DNA from: an uncultured Aquiluna sp.
GTDB lineage: Bacteria; Actinomycetota; Actinomycetes; Actinomycetales; Microbacteriaceae
Direction: 5' to 3'
Length of the DNA: 64,000 nt
Assembly (NCBI GenBank): GCA_964350385.1
Contig: CAYGJH010000001.1
Coordinates: 106,777-170,776 of the forward strand
Made by a program: the position numbers and the translations under genes. The notes beneath the pieces were generated by a model that was given only the letters and a program-made list of their open reading frames with translations, was not told the DNA's origin and searched no databases. Of this stretch, positions 31,465-43,356 are shown piece by piece (position 1 is the stretch's first letter; each line of letters begins with the position of its first letter).

Positions 31465-33266
31465 GAGTTCAACGCTTTCATGTCGTCCATGACTATTTTG
31501 AGTCCCCTGCGATTGCCAGCAGCAGTTGTCCTTGCAGATGTTTTGATGGCGATTGCCCTCAAGCCCTGTGCGACATCCACACCCTGAGAGTACTTGAACC
31601 TAATGAGTGCCCTTGAGCCTGAGTTCTTAATTACTTCAGCTCCAGCTTCGGTGGCAACTCTGAGCGCTTCTTCGAGGACTTTAGGGGTAGCTTCTAGCGA
31701 CGCAATGCGCACGCTTGGGGGCAAGTTCAGAGCCTTGGTCTCTTCAAGTGCGGACTTGGCTAACTCAACGTGTTGCCAGAGTGCCAATGGCTGACCCAGA
31801 TGGCTCCCGAGCCCTTCGAAGACCGCTCTGCCATTTGGAGAGAGAAGCTCTAGGCTCTCGGTCCAGTCGCGCATGGCGAGCTGCTCCGCGGTCAGGTGCT
31901 GGGCGGCAAGCCAGATATCACAGTCCAGCACCAAGACTCCGGCATAGCCGCTTGCAACCCTCGGAGCAGCCCCTGGAGTGGCGACCACGATCGTGTTTGG
32001 TTTGTCGGAAACAGCCGGGACCTTGTCCGCGGTTGCCTCATAGATTGTTGAGTTGGGAAAGGCCTTGCCGATCTCGGAAACGGTTCTCTGGCTGCCAGTT
32101 CGCCCTCTTCTAAGGTTGGCAGAACCGCATGCCTGACAGGCTGTGTGGAGTTTGCTACAGATTCTGCACTCATAACGCCCGCCTGTTGGCTCCCATATGT
32201 ACCCGCCACAATCGCAGCGTTGTCGCTCTCCGCAGGATTGACAATAGGCTGCCGCGGAGGAGCCTTTTCTTGGCATCACGACGAGCAAGGGCCCCTTCTT
32301 GATTGACTCCTTTGCCATCTCGAAACTTGCCGAATCCAGGCGCAGACCGGGTTCTGTGAAAGAGATTCTTGGCGGCGCACTGTTTTTGGAGTGTTCCGCG
32401 AGATACCCGATCTCTACAAGGCGCTGCAATTCCAGTGACCTGTAAGGAGACGCAAACAGCAAGCTCACTTTTTCGCCGGCACGCATAAGAGCTAGCTCTC
32501 TGGTGTGGGTGTTGGGCGAACCTTGTTCCCGCCAGCTGTCGTCTAGGTCATCGGCCATGCATATCAACCCGAGGTTTGCCAGGGGTGCGTAGATGGCACT
32601 GCGCGTGCCGACAACAACCGAAGTAGCGCCTAGAAGCGAATGAAAAACCTTGAACCTTTCTGATCTCTTTAGGTCCGGCCTCATGGCAACGGGGGTCAGT
32701 CCTGCCCGCTCACAGGCCCCAACTAGTGCGTCAACGTCACTGATCTCAGGAACTAAAAGCAGTGCCGACTGTCCACTGTCACTCGCCACCTTCGCAAGGC
32801 GGACAAACTCTCCCATCCAAGAAGGCAGTAGGACACCTTCAACCAGTTCTTGGCGTCCATTCGCCAGTAGTACTTGTCGGACTGGCTTTGATGGGAGCTC
32901 CAGAGGCAAAGTTGTGCTGGGTTCCGCGATGGCAGTTCTTGCCATGTGATCCGGAATTGCCGCAGAGAGAATTTCTCCGAGCGCTACGCACTGCCGGTTT
33001 GCCACATCTCTGGCAAATCCATAAATCTCTTTGGTCAAGACTGGTCTATCCCCGACTATCTCAACAAGAGGAGTTGTTGCATAGTCGGAGGTTTCTAGTA
33101 GCTCAACGACAAAACCAGTTTGTTTTGTCTTGGAGCGACCAATAAAGAAGCTCACGCGATGACCAAATTGAATTGACTCGGATAACTCGGCGGGTATTAC
33201 AAAATCAAACTGCCTATCTAGTTGCAGTAGCTTTGACTCAGCAACCACCCGCGCGAAGCGAGCCAT
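31461..33266 (-). CDS. priA: Primosomal protein N' (PriA), actinobacterial form with degenerate helicase motifs
   Basis: LDRQFDF N-terminal domain, VVVGTRSAIYAP, CxxC zinc cluster; metK-priA-fmt synteny. Confidence 0.88.
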   Translation of the reverse strand: MARFARVVAESKLLQLDRQFDFVIPAELSESIQFGHRVSFFIGRSKTKQTGFVVELLETSDYATTPLVEIVGDRPVLTKEIYGFARDVANRQCVALGEILSAAIPDHMARTAIAEPSTTLPLELPSKPVRQVLLANGRQELVEGVLLPSWMGEFVRLAKVASDSGQSALLLVPEISDVDALVGACERAGLTPVAMRPDLKRSERFKVFHSLLGATSVVVGTRSAIYAPLANLGLICMADDLDDSWREQGSPNTHTRELALMRAGEKVSLLFASPYRSLELQRLVEIGYLAEHSKNSAPPRISFTEPGLRLDSASFEMAKESIKKGPLLVVMPRKGSSAAAYCQSCGERQRCDCGGYIWEPTGGRYECRICSKLHTACQACGSANLRRGRTGSQRTVSEIGKAFPNSTIYEATADKVPAVSDKPNTIVVATPGAAPRVASGYAGVLVLDCDIWLAAQHLTAEQLAMRDWTESLELLSPNGRAVFEGLGSHLGQPLALWQHVELAKSALEETKALNLPPSVRIASLEATPKVLEEALRVATEAGAEVIKNSGSRALIRFKYSQGVDVAQGLRAIAIKTSARTTAAGNRRGLKIVMDDMKALNS

Positions 33267-34454
33267 TTAGCGACCCGCAGCCTCGCGAAGCGCCGCTGCG
33301 CGATCTGTCTTCTCCCAGCTGAACTCAGGTAGCTCGCGGCCAAAGTGTCCATAGGCAGATGTCTTAGAGAAAATTGGCCGTTTCAGATCCAGGTCGCGAA
33401 TAATTGCAGCCGGTCTCAGGTCAAAAGTCTCCATCACAGCTTTTTGAATGGCGTCAACCTCTACTTTTTCAGTGCCGAAGCATTCCACAAAAACCGCCAC
33501 AGGCTTGGCTACACCAATCGCATAGGCAACCTGGAGCTCCACCTTGTCTGCGAGACCGGCGGCTACGACGTTCTTTGCCACCCAGCGCATCGCATATGCA
33601 GCGGAGCGGTCCACCTTCGATGGGTCTTTGCCGCTGAATGCGCCACCTCCGTGTCGGGCCATGCCTCCGTAGGTATCGACGATGATCTTTCTTCCGGTGA
33701 GTCCGGCGTCCCCTTGAGGTCCACCGATTACGAAACGACCGGATGGGTTGATGATGTAGCGGACATTTGAGGTGTCCAACTTGCTTTCGGCTAAAACTGG
33801 CGCAATGACCTTCTCCAGCACGAGGTTTGCAAGATCGTCTTGGGACACGTCTGGGTGGTGCTGAGTTGATAGCACAACCGTGTTGATAGCAACCGGTGTA
33901 TTGCCGTCATAGTCAACGGATACCTGAGTCTTGCCGTCGGGTCGCAAAATGCCATTGTTCAGCTCGCGTCTCACCCGGCTTAGGTTCTCCGAAACCCGAT
34001 GAGAGAGCAAAATTGGTGCGGGCATCAATGTGTCGGTCTCATTTGTTGCGTAGCCAAACATCATGCCCTGGTCACCGGCACCCAGTTTGCTGATCTCGTC
34101 CTGTTCTCCAGCCCTAGATTCAAGAGCGTCGTCGACACCGCCTGCGATGTCTGGCGACTGGGCCCCAATAGAAACAGATACTCCGCAAGAGTTTCCGTCA
34201 AAGCCAATGTCTGAGCTGGTGTAACCAATGTCGAGAATCTTCTGCCGAACAAGTTGCGGAATCTCTACGTAGCTGGAGGTGGTAACTTCACCGGCAATGT
34301 GAACTAGACCGGTAGTTACAAGGGTTTCCACCGCAACTCGAGCATCTGGATCCTGCTCCAGCATTGCGTCGAGAATGGTGTCGGAGATCTGATCGCAGAT
34401 CTTATCTGGGTGGCCTTCTGTGACCGATTCTGAGGTAAATGTTCTTAGCGTCAT
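33267..34454 (-). CDS. metK: S-adenosylmethionine synthetase
   Basis: [28 protein letters not shown]. Confidence 0.99.
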   Translation of the reverse strand: MTLRTFTSESVTEGHPDKICDQISDTILDAMLEQDPDARVAVETLVTTGLVHIAGEVTTSSYVEIPQLVRQKILDIGYTSSDIGFDGNSCGVSVSIGAQSPDIAGGVDDALESRAGEQDEISKLGAGDQGMMFGYATNETDTLMPAPILLSHRVSENLSRVRRELNNGILRPDGKTQVSVDYDGNTPVAINTVVLSTQHHPDVSQDDLANLVLEKVIAPVLAESKLDTSNVRYIINPSGRFVIGGPQGDAGLTGRKIIVDTYGGMARHGGGAFSGKDPSKVDRSAAYAMRWVAKNVVAAGLADKVELQVAYAIGVAKPVAVFVECFGTEKVEVDAIQKAVMETFDLRPAAIIRDLDLKRPIFSKTSAYGHFGRELPEFSWEKTDRAAALREAAGR

Positions 34455-34476
34455 AGACGCAAAGTCTAGTAAGTCA

Positions 34477-35613
34477 CTATGACAATTGCGCCGCCACGCG
34501 CCTCATGATCTCTCGCGCTACTTCGTCTTTTGAGCCAGATATCTCAATTGCTGAAGCCGCGTCGACGTAATGAACTAGAGTTTCGCTACCTTCCAAGGAA
34601 CTAAGGCTGTTTCCAATCACTACATTGGCTCCTTTGGCCTCAAGCTTGCGCTGGGAAGCGGTGACAACATCTTCTTCCGTATCGACGAGAGCAAACCCTA
34701 CGGCGAAGCTTTCGGGAAATTGCTTTGTGTAGGCGGCGAGCAGGTCTGGGGTTGATTTCAGCTTCAGCTCTGGAACTGTAGACCTCGAGAGCTTGCCTTT
34801 GTGGGGGTTGGCCACTTGGAAATCGCTAACTGCCGCTGCCATTACAAGCACGTCACTTGGTTCCTGCAAAGCAGCACTCAGTTCAGCAACGCTCTCAACG
34901 TGTGTTACATCGATTCCCTTGGGTGTTTGAGCGAGATTGCACGCAATCAAACGCACCTTGGCGCCCAGGTCCCTTGCCGCGACTGCTAGTGCAACACCTG
35001 TCTTTCCGGATGAGCGATTCCCTATAAACCTGACATCGTCGATTCGCTCTCTGGTGCCTCCCGCTGTGACCGTGACACTTTTGCCACTTAGAGGACTAGA
35101 CGCAAAGAGGAACTGAATGATGTCTTCTACTTCTGGGAGCCTGCCGGGGCCAGAGTCATCTCCTGTTAGGCGGCCAGAGGCTGGCTCCATAACCCTTATG
35201 CCGCGAGAGCGCAGGGTTTCGATGTTTTCAATCGTCGCCTGGTTCTGCCACATCTCGGTGTGCATAGCTGGCACCACAACCACAGGTGCCGTTGATGCCA
35301 GAATTGCGTTGAGCAATAGATCATCTGCAATACCTGCCGCATAGCGCCCCAGAAAGGCCGCAGTTGCTGGGGCGATGACTATCAGGTCGGACTCCTGACC
35401 GAGTTGGACGTGCCTCACGCTAGCCACATCACCGTAGAGCTCAGAGTCAATGTTTTTCCCGCTTAGAGCCTCCAGCGTGGCCTCGCCAATGAAGCGAAGG
35501 GCATTCTGGGTAGGTAGTGCGGTTACCTCATGGCCAAGCTCGGACATTGCCCGCAGCAGGCCAGCAGCTTTATAGGCAGCTATTCCGCCGGTGATGCCAA
35601 GCAGAATTCGCAA
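34477..35613 (-). CDS. coaBC: Bifunctional phosphopantothenoylcysteine decarboxylase/ligase
   Basis: [40 protein letters not shown]. Confidence 0.97.
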   Translation of the reverse strand: MRILLGITGGIAAYKAAGLLRAMSELGHEVTALPTQNALRFIGEATLEALSGKNIDSELYGDVASVRHVQLGQESDLIVIAPATAAFLGRYAAGIADDLLLNAILASTAPVVVVPAMHTEMWQNQATIENIETLRSRGIRVMEPASGRLTGDDSGPGRLPEVEDIIQFLFASSPLSGKSVTVTAGGTRERIDDVRFIGNRSSGKTGVALAVAARDLGAKVRLIACNLAQTPKGIDVTHVESVAELSAALQEPSDVLVMAAAVSDFQVANPHKGKLSRSTVPELKLKSTPDLLAAYTKQFPESFAVGFALVDTEEDVVTASQRKLEAKGANVVIGNSLSSLEGSETLVHYVDAASAIEISGSKDEVAREIMRRVAAQLS

Positions 35614-35622
35614 TTTGGTCTA

Positions 35623-35871
35623 CTAGTCAGTCTTCTTTGTTAGCTTGCCCTGGTGAAGCTCGTGGAGGGCAATCGAGAGCGCCTTATCGTCGATTGAGGA
35701 GTCGACGAGTGGACCAACGTAATTGAAAAGCGACCCTTCGTGCAGTGCGGAGTAGTACTCGTTAATCTGACGGGCCCGCTTAGATGCAAAGATCACTAGC
35801 TCGTAGTTGGAGCCGACCTTCTCTAGAAGTTCGTCAATTGGTGGGGCAATAATGCCTTCGGCCTGCGTCAT
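35623..35871 (-). CDS. rpoZ: RNA polymerase omega subunit
   Basis: [29 protein letters not shown] actinobacterial omega signature. Confidence 0.96.
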   Translation of the reverse strand: MTQAEGIIAPPIDELLEKVGSNYELVIFASKRARQINEYYSALHEGSLFNYVGPLVDSSIDDKALSIALHELHQGKLTKKTD

Positions 35872-36422
35872 CTGTCTCTTCCTCTAACTGTCCTTACGAT
35901 TTCCTCTGCACACTCTGAGAGGTTGTCGTTGGTGACTTGGTGTTCAAACTCTCCCGCGGCAGCTATTTCCGAGCGGGCTGTAGCAAGTCTAGTTTGAATT
36001 TCGGATTCTGTCTCGGTCGCCCTATCGCGCAGCCTACGCTCCAGCTCCTCCCAAGAGGGTGGGTGAACGAAGAACTGGATGGCCTCGTGCTCGTGCTCTC
36101 GAATCTGCCTAGCGCCTTGCAGGTCTATTTCCAGTATCAGGTGCTTCCCGAGAGAACTTGCTCTTTCGAGCTCCGCTGCGGGCGTGCCATAGAGGTGCTC
36201 GCCATGCACAGTCGCGTGCTCGAGTAGCTGATCTTGAGTAATCATTTCCTCAAACTCTTCGCGGCTGACAAAGTGATAGTGAGTGCCGTCTACCTCATCT
36301 TGCCGCGGAGCACGTGTGGTCGCTGAGACCGACAGCATAAAATCATCGTGCTTCGCAAGGATCTGCTTTACCAGCGATCCCTTACCAACCCCTGCGGGAC
36401 CAACTAACACAACCAAACTCAT
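35868..36422 (-). CDS. gmk: Guanylate kinase
   Basis: Start moved to [15 protein letters not shown] (ATGA overlap with pyrF stop); [18 protein letters not shown]. Confidence 0.96.
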   Translation of the reverse strand: MSLVVLVGPAGVGKGSLVKQILAKHDDFMLSVSATTRAPRQDEVDGTHYHFVSREEFEEMITQDQLLEHATVHGEHLYGTPAAELERASSLGKHLILEIDLQGARQIREHEHEAIQFFVHPPSWEELERRLRDRATETESEIQTRLATARSEIAAAGEFEHQVTNDNLSECAEEIVRTVRGRDR

Positions 36423-37222
36423 AGCTGCGACTTTAGCTGCTCGATTGAGCGAATGATTCCCTGCGGGCCCGCTTCCGTCGCGGCTCGTGAAACGTTGCAG
36501 ATGACCCTCTTGGCGCTTAGTCCAAAGATCTTCTCTACCTCCGCAAGCGACGCCCCTTGATGCCCGAACCCCGGAGCAAGAATGGGGATCCCAATATCTG
36601 ACTCCAAGACTGCCTCCAGACCGAACTGAGAAAGGTCTTGGGTAGCTCCGATAACTACTCCGCAACTGGGGCCAAGCTTCTTTGCCTGCTCGACTACCTT
36701 GGCGGCAACCGTGCCTTTGCCTATTTTGGCCGTCTGTAGCTGTTTAGCTTCGGGGTTTGAAGTGGCCGCAAGCACAAATAGCCCGGCACCCACGTCCTCC
36801 GCATAGCCCAGCGTCTCCGCGAGGGAAGTTGGCCCCAGGTACGGGGATACAGTGAGCGCGTCAGAGCGCAGCGGCGAGTCATCTCCAAAAAAAGCCTGAG
36901 CGTAACCGAGCATCGTCGAGCCGACATCTCCGCGCTTAGCGTCGGCTATGACAACGAAATCAGCATCTCTGGCTGCCTGAAGCACCTCTTCGAGCGCACT
37001 TAGTCCTGCTCCCCCGAATCGTTCGAAGAATGCCACTTGAGGTTTCAAGATTCCGACTCGTCCCTCAGCTGCCTCGATTAGCGCAAAGGCGAACTCTCTG
37101 AGTCCATAGGGCGAATCAGGCAAACCCCAGTCAACTAGGGTCTGCTCTGCTGGGTCTATGCCAAGACACAGCGCTCCATACTCGGTTCGCGCTGCTTCGA
37201 GTTTCTCCAAGTATTTAGGCAT
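36419..37222 (-). CDS. pyrF: Orotidine-5'-phosphate decarboxylase
   Basis: [35 protein letters not shown]. Confidence 0.96.
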   Translation of the reverse strand: MPKYLEKLEAARTEYGALCLGIDPAEQTLVDWGLPDSPYGLREFAFALIEAAEGRVGILKPQVAFFERFGGAGLSALEEVLQAARDADFVVIADAKRGDVGSTMLGYAQAFFGDDSPLRSDALTVSPYLGPTSLAETLGYAEDVGAGLFVLAATSNPEAKQLQTAKIGKGTVAAKVVEQAKKLGPSCGVVIGATQDLSQFGLEAVLESDIGIPILAPGFGHQGASLAEVEKIFGLSAKRVICNVSRAATEAGPQGIIRSIEQLKSQL

Positions 37223-40200
37223 TCAGCAGAGCCCTTCTCGTGGCCGCGTGTTCCTGGAGAGGAGTCACATCGAACCTGCCCTGCCTTATCACCTCAAAGG
37301 ATCCAATGGCAGCGCTCAACTGAGCTGCGGTGGTGAAGATGGGCTTGTCGGCTGCCGTTGTTGCAGCTCTAATTTCGTAGCCATCGACCCGAGCAAACGC
37401 ACCAGAGGGTGTGTTGACAACCACATCAACCTCACCGTCAGTAATCATCTGCACAATTGACCGTTGGCCCTCGGTCGCCTTGGAGTGCTTGATGACGGTC
37501 TCGGCCGCAATGCCGTGCCGCTCGAGCATTCTTGCTGTTCCCTCCGTTGCAAGGATCCGATATCCCATCTGTGACAACCTCGCCACCGGAAGGATGATCT
37601 GTGGCTTATCCCGGTCTGCCACAGACACAAACACCGATCCAGACAGTGGAAGCGCAGACCCTGCTCCAGCTTGGCTCTTGGCAAAGGCAGCTGGGAATGT
37701 CTTGTCGATACCCATTACCTCTCCGGTAGAGCGCATTTCTGGCCCAAGCAAGCTATCGACGTATCGACCATCTTTTGTGGCAAAGCGCTTGAAGGGCAGC
37801 ACAGCTTCCTTTACGGACACCGGAGTTCCGCTTGGCAGGTGCTTACCATCTGCTGCGGGAAGATGGCCATCTTTGATTAGCTCATCAATGCTCTTGCCGA
37901 TCATCACAAGAGAAGCGGCTTTAGCAAGAGTTATACCGAGGGCCTTTGAAACGAACGGAACGGTTCTAGAGGCCCTTGGATTCGCCTCTAGGACGTAGAG
38001 CACATCTGAGGCGAGGGCAAACTGAACATTTATAAGACCTTTGACCCCAAGGCCCTTGGCGATTGCTTCGGTAGCCTCCGCAACCCTCTCAATCTGGGCA
38101 TCGCTTAGCGTTATTGGTGGGAGTGTGCAGCTGGAGTCGCCCGAGTGGATACCCGCTTCTTCGATGTGCTCCATCACACCACCGACGTAGAGACGCTGAC
38201 CGTCATAGAGGGCATCGATGTCGATTTCTATGGCGTCGTCCAAAAAGTGGTCTACCAAAAGAGGGTGGCTCTCATCGACCAGAGCGTGCTCAGCAATCCG
38301 GTCGAAGTAACCCTCCAAGCTTTTTTCGTCATAGACGATTTCCATGCCTCTACCGCCGAGAACAAATGATGGCCTCACCAATACCGGGTACCCGATTCTT
38401 CTTGCTATCTCAATTGACTCGGCCAGATTGGTAGCAGTTCCGTTAGCAGGTGAGATCAAACCGGCGTCGTCAAGAATCCTCTGGAAAGCACCGCGCTCCT
38501 CGGCCTTGTCTATGGCCTCAGGGGTAGTGCCAAGGATTGGCACGCCAGCAGCCTCAAGGCCATTTGCCAGACCCAGGGCTGTCTGCCCTCCTAGTTGCAC
38601 CATCACTCCCAACAGCTCTCCGGACTGGCTCTCGGCATGGATGACTTCGAGCACATCCTCCAGCGTCAGGGGCTCAAAATAGAGCCTGTCGGAGGTGTCG
38701 TAGTCGGTCGAAACAGTCTCGGGATTGCAATTGACCATGATGGTCTCGATCCCTGCATCACGCAGTGCAAAGGCAGCGTGAACGCAGGAGTAATCGAACT
38801 CCACTCCCTGACCGATGCGGTTTGGTCCACTTCCAAGGATTACTACTTTTTGCCTCTGCGATGGGACCACCTCTGTGAACTGGTCGTAGCTGCTGTAGTG
38901 GTAAGGCGTAAGGGCTGGGAACTCCCCCGCACAGGTGTCAACCGTCTTGAAAACCGGCCTGACCCCCTCCGCATAGCGCTTAGCTCTGATCTCTTCCTCG
39001 CTCACACCTCTCAGCTGCGCTAGCTGGCTGTCGCTAAAGCCGTGCTTTTTGGCCTTTCTTAGTGAATCCGTGTCGAGATCTTCTAGCGAGGCAATCCAAT
39101 CTGCAACCTCGTTTATTAGAACAATCTGATCTATAAACCATGGATCGATCTTGGTTTGTTCAAACACTTCCCCAGCTGTTGCGCCTAGCCTCAGCGCCTG
39201 CTGGACCTGTACGACCCGCTTGTCAGTGGGCGTCGCAATAAGCTCCAGGAGCTCCTCCTTGGTACGATCCTGAGCTCCCCAGTGGAACGAACTGCCGCGC
39301 TTTTCAAGAGATCTAAGCGCTTTTTGCAGAGCTTGCGTGAAGGTGCGACCAATGGCCATTGCCTCACCAACACTCTTCATGGTGGTAGTGAGGGTTGGAT
39401 CCGCGGCCGGGAATTTCTCAAACGCAAACCGAGGCGCCTTCACGACAATGTAATCGAGCGTTGGCTCGAAGCTGGCGGGGGTGACTTTGGTTATGTCGTT
39501 TGGAATCTCATCGAGGGTGTAGCCGATGGCAAGTTTCGCCGCTATCTTGGCGATCGGGAAGCCGGTGGCCTTCGATGCCAAGGCCGAGGACCTAGACACC
39601 CTGGGATTCATTTCAATGACAATCACTCTGCCGTCAGCGGGGTCCACAGCAAACTGGATGTTGCAGCCTCCAGTATCAACACCAACATCCCTGATTATTT
39701 GGATTCCGATGTCTCTTAGATTTTGATATTCGCGATCGGTAAGCGTCATTGCCGGAGCGACAGTAATCGAGTCGCCCGTGTGGACACCCACTGGATCAAA
39801 ATTCTCGATGGAGCAGACGACCACGGTGTTGTCGTTCTTGTCGCGCATAAGCTCGAGCTCGTACTCTTTCCAGCCCAAGATGGACTCTTCAAGCAGAACC
39901 TCTGATGTTGGAGATGCTTGGATGCCGGCGCCCGCGATACGCCTAAGGTCCTTCTCGTCATAGGCGAAGCCTGACCCAAGGCCTCCCATTGTGAAGCTGG
40001 GCCTCACAACCAACGGATAGCCAAACTCTGCCGCAACCTCAAGGCAATCTTCTATGCTGTGCGCAATCGCGCTACGGGCAACGTCAGCACCGGCCGCCAA
40101 CACCAGATTCTTAAATTCCTGCCTGTCTTCTCCTGCCCTGATGGCATCGACGTTTGCCCCAATGAGCTCAACACCGTACTTTTCAAGCGAACCACGTTCG

Positions 40201-40508
40201 TAAAGAGCCATCGCTGCATTCAGGGCTGTTTGTCCACCGAGAGTTGGCAGGATCGCGTCGGGCTTCTCCTTTTCGATTATCGACTCGATTACCTCGGGGG
40301 TGATTGGCTCGACATAGGTCGCATCTGCAAAGTCTGGATCGGTCATGATTGTTGCTGGGTTGGAGTTGATCAGAATGACCCGGATGCCTTCTTCCTGCAG
40401 GACCCGGCAGGCCTGGGTACCGGAGTAGTCAAACTCACACGCCTGGCCTATCACAATAGGTCCCGACCCGATCACCAGAACCGAGTTGATGTCAGGACGT
40501 TTGGGCAT
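37215..40508 (-). CDS. carB: Carbamoyl-phosphate synthase large subunit
   Basis: [28 protein letters not shown], duplicated ATP-grasp domains, MGS domain. Confidence 0.99.
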   Translation of the reverse strand: MPKRPDINSVLVIGSGPIVIGQACEFDYSGTQACRVLQEEGIRVILINSNPATIMTDPDFADATYVEPITPEVIESIIEKEKPDAILPTLGGQTALNAAMALYERGSLEKYGVELIGANVDAIRAGEDRQEFKNLVLAAGADVARSAIAHSIEDCLEVAAEFGYPLVVRPSFTMGGLGSGFAYDEKDLRRIAGAGIQASPTSEVLLEESILGWKEYELELMRDKNDNTVVVCSIENFDPVGVHTGDSITVAPAMTLTDREYQNLRDIGIQIIRDVGVDTGGCNIQFAVDPADGRVIVIEMNPRVSRSSALASKATGFPIAKIAAKLAIGYTLDEIPNDITKVTPASFEPTLDYIVVKAPRFAFEKFPAADPTLTTTMKSVGEAMAIGRTFTQALQKALRSLEKRGSSFHWGAQDRTKEELLELIATPTDKRVVQVQQALRLGATAGEVFEQTKIDPWFIDQIVLINEVADWIASLEDLDTDSLRKAKKHGFSDSQLAQLRGVSEEEIRAKRYAEGVRPVFKTVDTCAGEFPALTPYHYSSYDQFTEVVPSQRQKVVILGSGPNRIGQGVEFDYSCVHAAFALRDAGIETIMVNCNPETVSTDYDTSDRLYFEPLTLEDVLEVIHAESQSGELLGVMVQLGGQTALGLANGLEAAGVPILGTTPEAIDKAEERGAFQRILDDAGLISPANGTATNLAESIEIARRIGYPVLVRPSFVLGGRGMEIVYDEKSLEGYFDRIAEHALVDESHPLLVDHFLDDAIEIDIDALYDGQRLYVGGVMEHIEEAGIHSGDSSCTLPPITLSDAQIERVAEATEAIAKGLGVKGLINVQFALASDVLYVLEANPRASRTVPFVSKALGITLAKAASLVMIGKSIDELIKDGHLPAADGKHLPSGTPVSVKEAVLPFKRFATKDGRYVDSLLGPEMRSTGEVMGIDKTFPAAFAKSQAGAGSALPLSGSVFVSVADRDKPQIILPVARLSQMGYRILATEGTARMLERHGIAAETVIKHSKATEGQRSIVQMITDGEVDVVVNTPSGAFARVDGYEIRAATTAADKPIFTTAAQLSAAIGSFEVIRQGRFDVTPLQEHAATRRALLNA

Positions 40509-41620
40509 TAGTTCTCCTCGATTAGGGTCAGAAACTTGTCAAATAGGTAGTGGCTATCGTGGGGGCCGGCGGCCGCCTCGGGGTGATACTGGACCGAGAA
40601 GGCGGGGATATCAAGGCACTCGAGCCCCTCAACCACGTTGTCGTTTAGCCCTCGATGTGATACTCGCACCCGTCCAAACCCTTGAGGTGAGATTGCTTCG
40701 TCCTCTTCGAGCTTCACGGCGAAACCGTGGTTGTGAGCAGTCACCTCAACCTGACCAGTTGACTTGTTTTGAACCGGTTGGTTGATGCCGCGATGGCCAA
40801 AGGTCAGCTTGTAGGTTTCAAAGCCGAGAGCCCGGCCCAAAAGTTGGTTTCCAAAGCAAATACCGAAAAAGGGCTTCTTGGCTTTAAGCAGCTCCCTGAG
40901 CATCTCAACCTGTGACTCGCTTGCCTCAGGGTCCCCCGGTCCATTGCTAAAGAACACCGCGCTCGGGTTGCTGTCGAGGATCTCATTGGCGCTAGCGCTT
41001 GAGGGAAAGACTTCAACGTCAAGCCCTCGCTCATTGAGGTGTTCTAGCGTTGAACGCTTGATTCCTAGGTCGAGAATCGCAACGCTACCTTTTCTGTCCC
41101 CGACAGCTGGCAGAAGATAACGCTCAGCAGCACTAACCTGCCCAGATAGATTCTGTCCCTTCATTTGCATCTGGGAGCGAACCTCTGCGAGCATCTGCTC
41201 CTCCGAGGCAGCCTCTGAGCCTGAGAAGATGCCGGCCCGCATGGCTCCCGCATCTCTAATCCTTATGGTGATGGCGCGAGTATCAACTCCGGAAATGCCG
41301 ACTATCTCAGAGTCGATAAGTGCAGAACCGAGGTCTTTCTCTGAGCGGAAGTTGCTCGCCATCCTGCTGGGTTCCTTCACAACGTAGCCGGCCACCCAAA
41401 TCCTGCTTGACTCGTCATCGCGTGCATTAGTTCCCACGATCCCAATGTGAGGGGCGGTCTGGAGAACGATCTGGCCAGCATATGACGGGTCGGTTAGCGT
41501 TTCCTGATATCCCGTCATCCCCGTTGCGAAGACCAGCTCGCCAAACGTCTTACCCTGCTTCCCATAGGCCTCCCCTGAGAAGATGGAACCGTCCTCAAGG
41601 ACTAAGTAGGCGTTATCCAA
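40508..41620 (-). CDS. carA: Carbamoyl-phosphate synthase small subunit
   Basis: [34 protein letters not shown]. Confidence 0.98.
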   Translation of the reverse strand: MDNAYLVLEDGSIFSGEAYGKQGKTFGELVFATGMTGYQETLTDPSYAGQIVLQTAPHIGIVGTNARDDESSRIWVAGYVVKEPSRMASNFRSEKDLGSALIDSEIVGISGVDTRAITIRIRDAGAMRAGIFSGSEAASEEQMLAEVRSQMQMKGQNLSGQVSAAERYLLPAVGDRKGSVAILDLGIKRSTLEHLNERGLDVEVFPSSASANEILDSNPSAVFFSNGPGDPEASESQVEMLRELLKAKKPFFGICFGNQLLGRALGFETYKLTFGHRGINQPVQNKSTGQVEVTAHNHGFAVKLEEDEAISPQGFGRVRVSHRGLNDNVVEGLECLDIPAFSVQYHPEAAAGPHDSHYLFDKFLTLIEEN

Positions 41621-42095
41621 TGTCGACTCCTGTCACGTGTGCAAGTTGTTTCAAAAATCCCCCCGGCTCGCTTACTACTCTCAAGTGAGTCACCAAACGT
41701 TCTTTGCCATGTGTCCAATGGATGGCGATTAGACCATCTTGTTCGACGCCCTTGTCGATGGTTGCTGTTTCCCTTGTAAAGCCTGCGATTGAGCCTGTCG
41801 GGATGAGGAAGTTGCTTTCACCAACCCGCTCTATCGAGACTCCATCCTCAGAGGCAAAAACCTTTGACTTACCCCTAGACCCAAGACCAAAGGCCCAAAG
41901 CCTATCCAGTGGTCTAGCCGCAAAAACTGTTGAGACGTATAGGGCCGAACCTACTTCCAGACCACCCTTTGACTCGAGCAATCTGGGCAACGTCGATTCC
42001 TGGATGCTCCTTCGATTTGCTACCGACCGCCATATTCGAAAAGCGATAGCAAAAACAAGTGCAATCAGCATTGCCCCGATTAGCTCCCTAAGCAT
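41613..42095 (-). CDS. Conserved membrane-anchored protein of the actinobacterial pyr operon (Rv1382-like)
   Basis: N-terminal TM, LYVSTV...PLDR...GLG.RG, IDKGVE.DGL; between pyrC and carA; start uncertain (42095 or 42110). Confidence 0.75.
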   Translation of the reverse strand: MLRELIGAMLIALVFAIAFRIWRSVANRRSIQESTLPRLLESKGGLEVGSALYVSTVFAARPLDRLWAFGLGSRGKSKVFASEDGVSIERVGESNFLIPTGSIAGFTRETATIDKGVEQDGLIAIHWTHGKERLVTHLRVVSEPGGFLKQLAHVTGVDIG

Positions 42096-43356
42096 TTCTG
42101 ACCTTTCCATCTTTGAGGCTGAACTTGCCCCTGAATACTGTGTGAACGACTCGGCCCTTCAGCTCCATACCCGCGAAGGGGTTGTTGCTCGAAAGCGAGT
42201 GAGTTTTTGCAGTTACCACCCTGCTTGCAGCGGGATCCAGCAGTACCAAGTTGGCCGGCTGACCCTCGGCTAAAGTGCCATGACCATCAAGTGAGCCGAT
42301 CTGAGCTGGCTTAGATGACATCACCTCGCTGAAGCGCCGCCAATCAGAGCCGCCAGATTCGATTAGCACCTCCTGGGCCACCGAGGCCGCGTGCTCAAGA
42401 CCAACCATTCCAAAGGCGGCCTGCTCCCATTCGCAGTCCTTCTTTTCGGACGAGTGCGGAGCATGATCGGTGCCAATTATGTCGATGGTGCCGTCGATTA
42501 GGCCTGCGCGAAGGGCGAGAGTGTCCTCTGTCCTGCGAAGTGGCGGGTTTACCTTATAGACAGGGTCATAGCTTCGTACTAGGTCTTCGGTGAGCATCAG
42601 GTGGTGCGGAGTGACCTCCGCTGTGATTTGAATTCCCCTCGCCTTGGCCCAACGCACCACATCTACCGCTCCAGCGGTCGTCAGGTGGCAGATGTGGAGC
42701 CTTGCCCCAACCTGCTCGGCAAGCAGGGCGTCCCGAGCAATGATGGACTCCTCCGCAACACTGGGCCAGCCCTTGAGGCCCAGCTCGGTTGATAGCTCCC
42801 CCGAATTCATCTGAGAGCCTTCGGTGAGCCCAGGTTCCTGGGCGTGCTGGGCGATTACTGCACCAAGACCCTTTACATACGTAAGTGCTCGCTGCATAAC
42901 TAGTGGATCGTGCACGCAATGCCCGTCATCACTAAATACCCTGACCTTTGCAGCCGAGTTGGCCATTAGACCAAGTGCACTCAGCTCAGTGCCGGCAAGA
43001 CCCTTGGTAACTGCTCCAATTGGTCTTACTTCCAGCAGCCCAGCCTCCTCACCGAGTTTCATAACCTGCTCAACCACCGACGCGGTGTCGGCAACCGGAT
43101 CTGAATTAGCCATTGCGAATAGGGCTGTGTAGCCGCCTGCGGCTCCGGAGCGAGAGCCAGTCAAGACTGTCTCACTGGCCTCATAGCCTGGCTGCCTCAA
43201 ATGAGTATGGAGATCGACGAAGCCGGGTAATGCAATGAGCCCAGAGCAATCGAGCCCAGTCTCTTTGGTTTTGCCGACCTTGGTTACGTAAGAGCCTTCA
43301 ACGGTGATGTCAGTTGTCTCACCAGAGGCAAGTTGGACTCCTTTGAATACCTGCAT
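42088..43356 (-). CDS. pyrC: Dihydroorotase
   Basis: PGFVDLHTHLR, EVTPHHL, KVNPPLR, TDHAPH. Confidence 0.97.
   Translation of the reverse strand: MQVFKGVQLASGETTDITVEGSYVTKVGKTKETGLDCSGLIALPGFVDLHTHLRQPGYEASETVLTGSRSGAAGGYTALFAMANSDPVADTASVVEQVMKLGEEAGLLEVRPIGAVTKGLAGTELSALGLMANSAAKVRVFSDDGHCVHDPLVMQRALTYVKGLGAVIAQHAQEPGLTEGSQMNSGELSTELGLKGWPSVAEESIIARDALLAEQVGARLHICHLTTAGAVDVVRWAKARGIQITAEVTPHHLMLTEDLVRSYDPVYKVNPPLRRTEDTLALRAGLIDGTIDIIGTDHAPHSSEKKDCEWEQAAFGMVGLEHAASVAQEVLIESGGSDWRRFSEVMSSKPAQIGSLDGHGTLAEGQPANLVLLDPAASRVVTAKTHSLSSNNPFAGMELKGRVVHTVFRGKFSLKDGKVRNA

Noticed and set aside
34455-34476. SAM riboswitch upstream of metK
   Set aside because: The gap is only 22 nt and holds just a TAGACT -10-like box 8 nt before the ATG
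35614-35625. rpoZ-coaBC 9-nt gap as another stop-embedded promoter
   Set aside because: It reads TAGTAG-accaaa-TTG, with no TANNNT and a TTG start; recorded as the counter-example
36423-36665. N-terminal extension of Gmk in the ORF track (possible fusion domain)
   Set aside because: It lies entirely within pyrF in another frame and is not protein-like; the ATGA-coupled start at 36422 fits better
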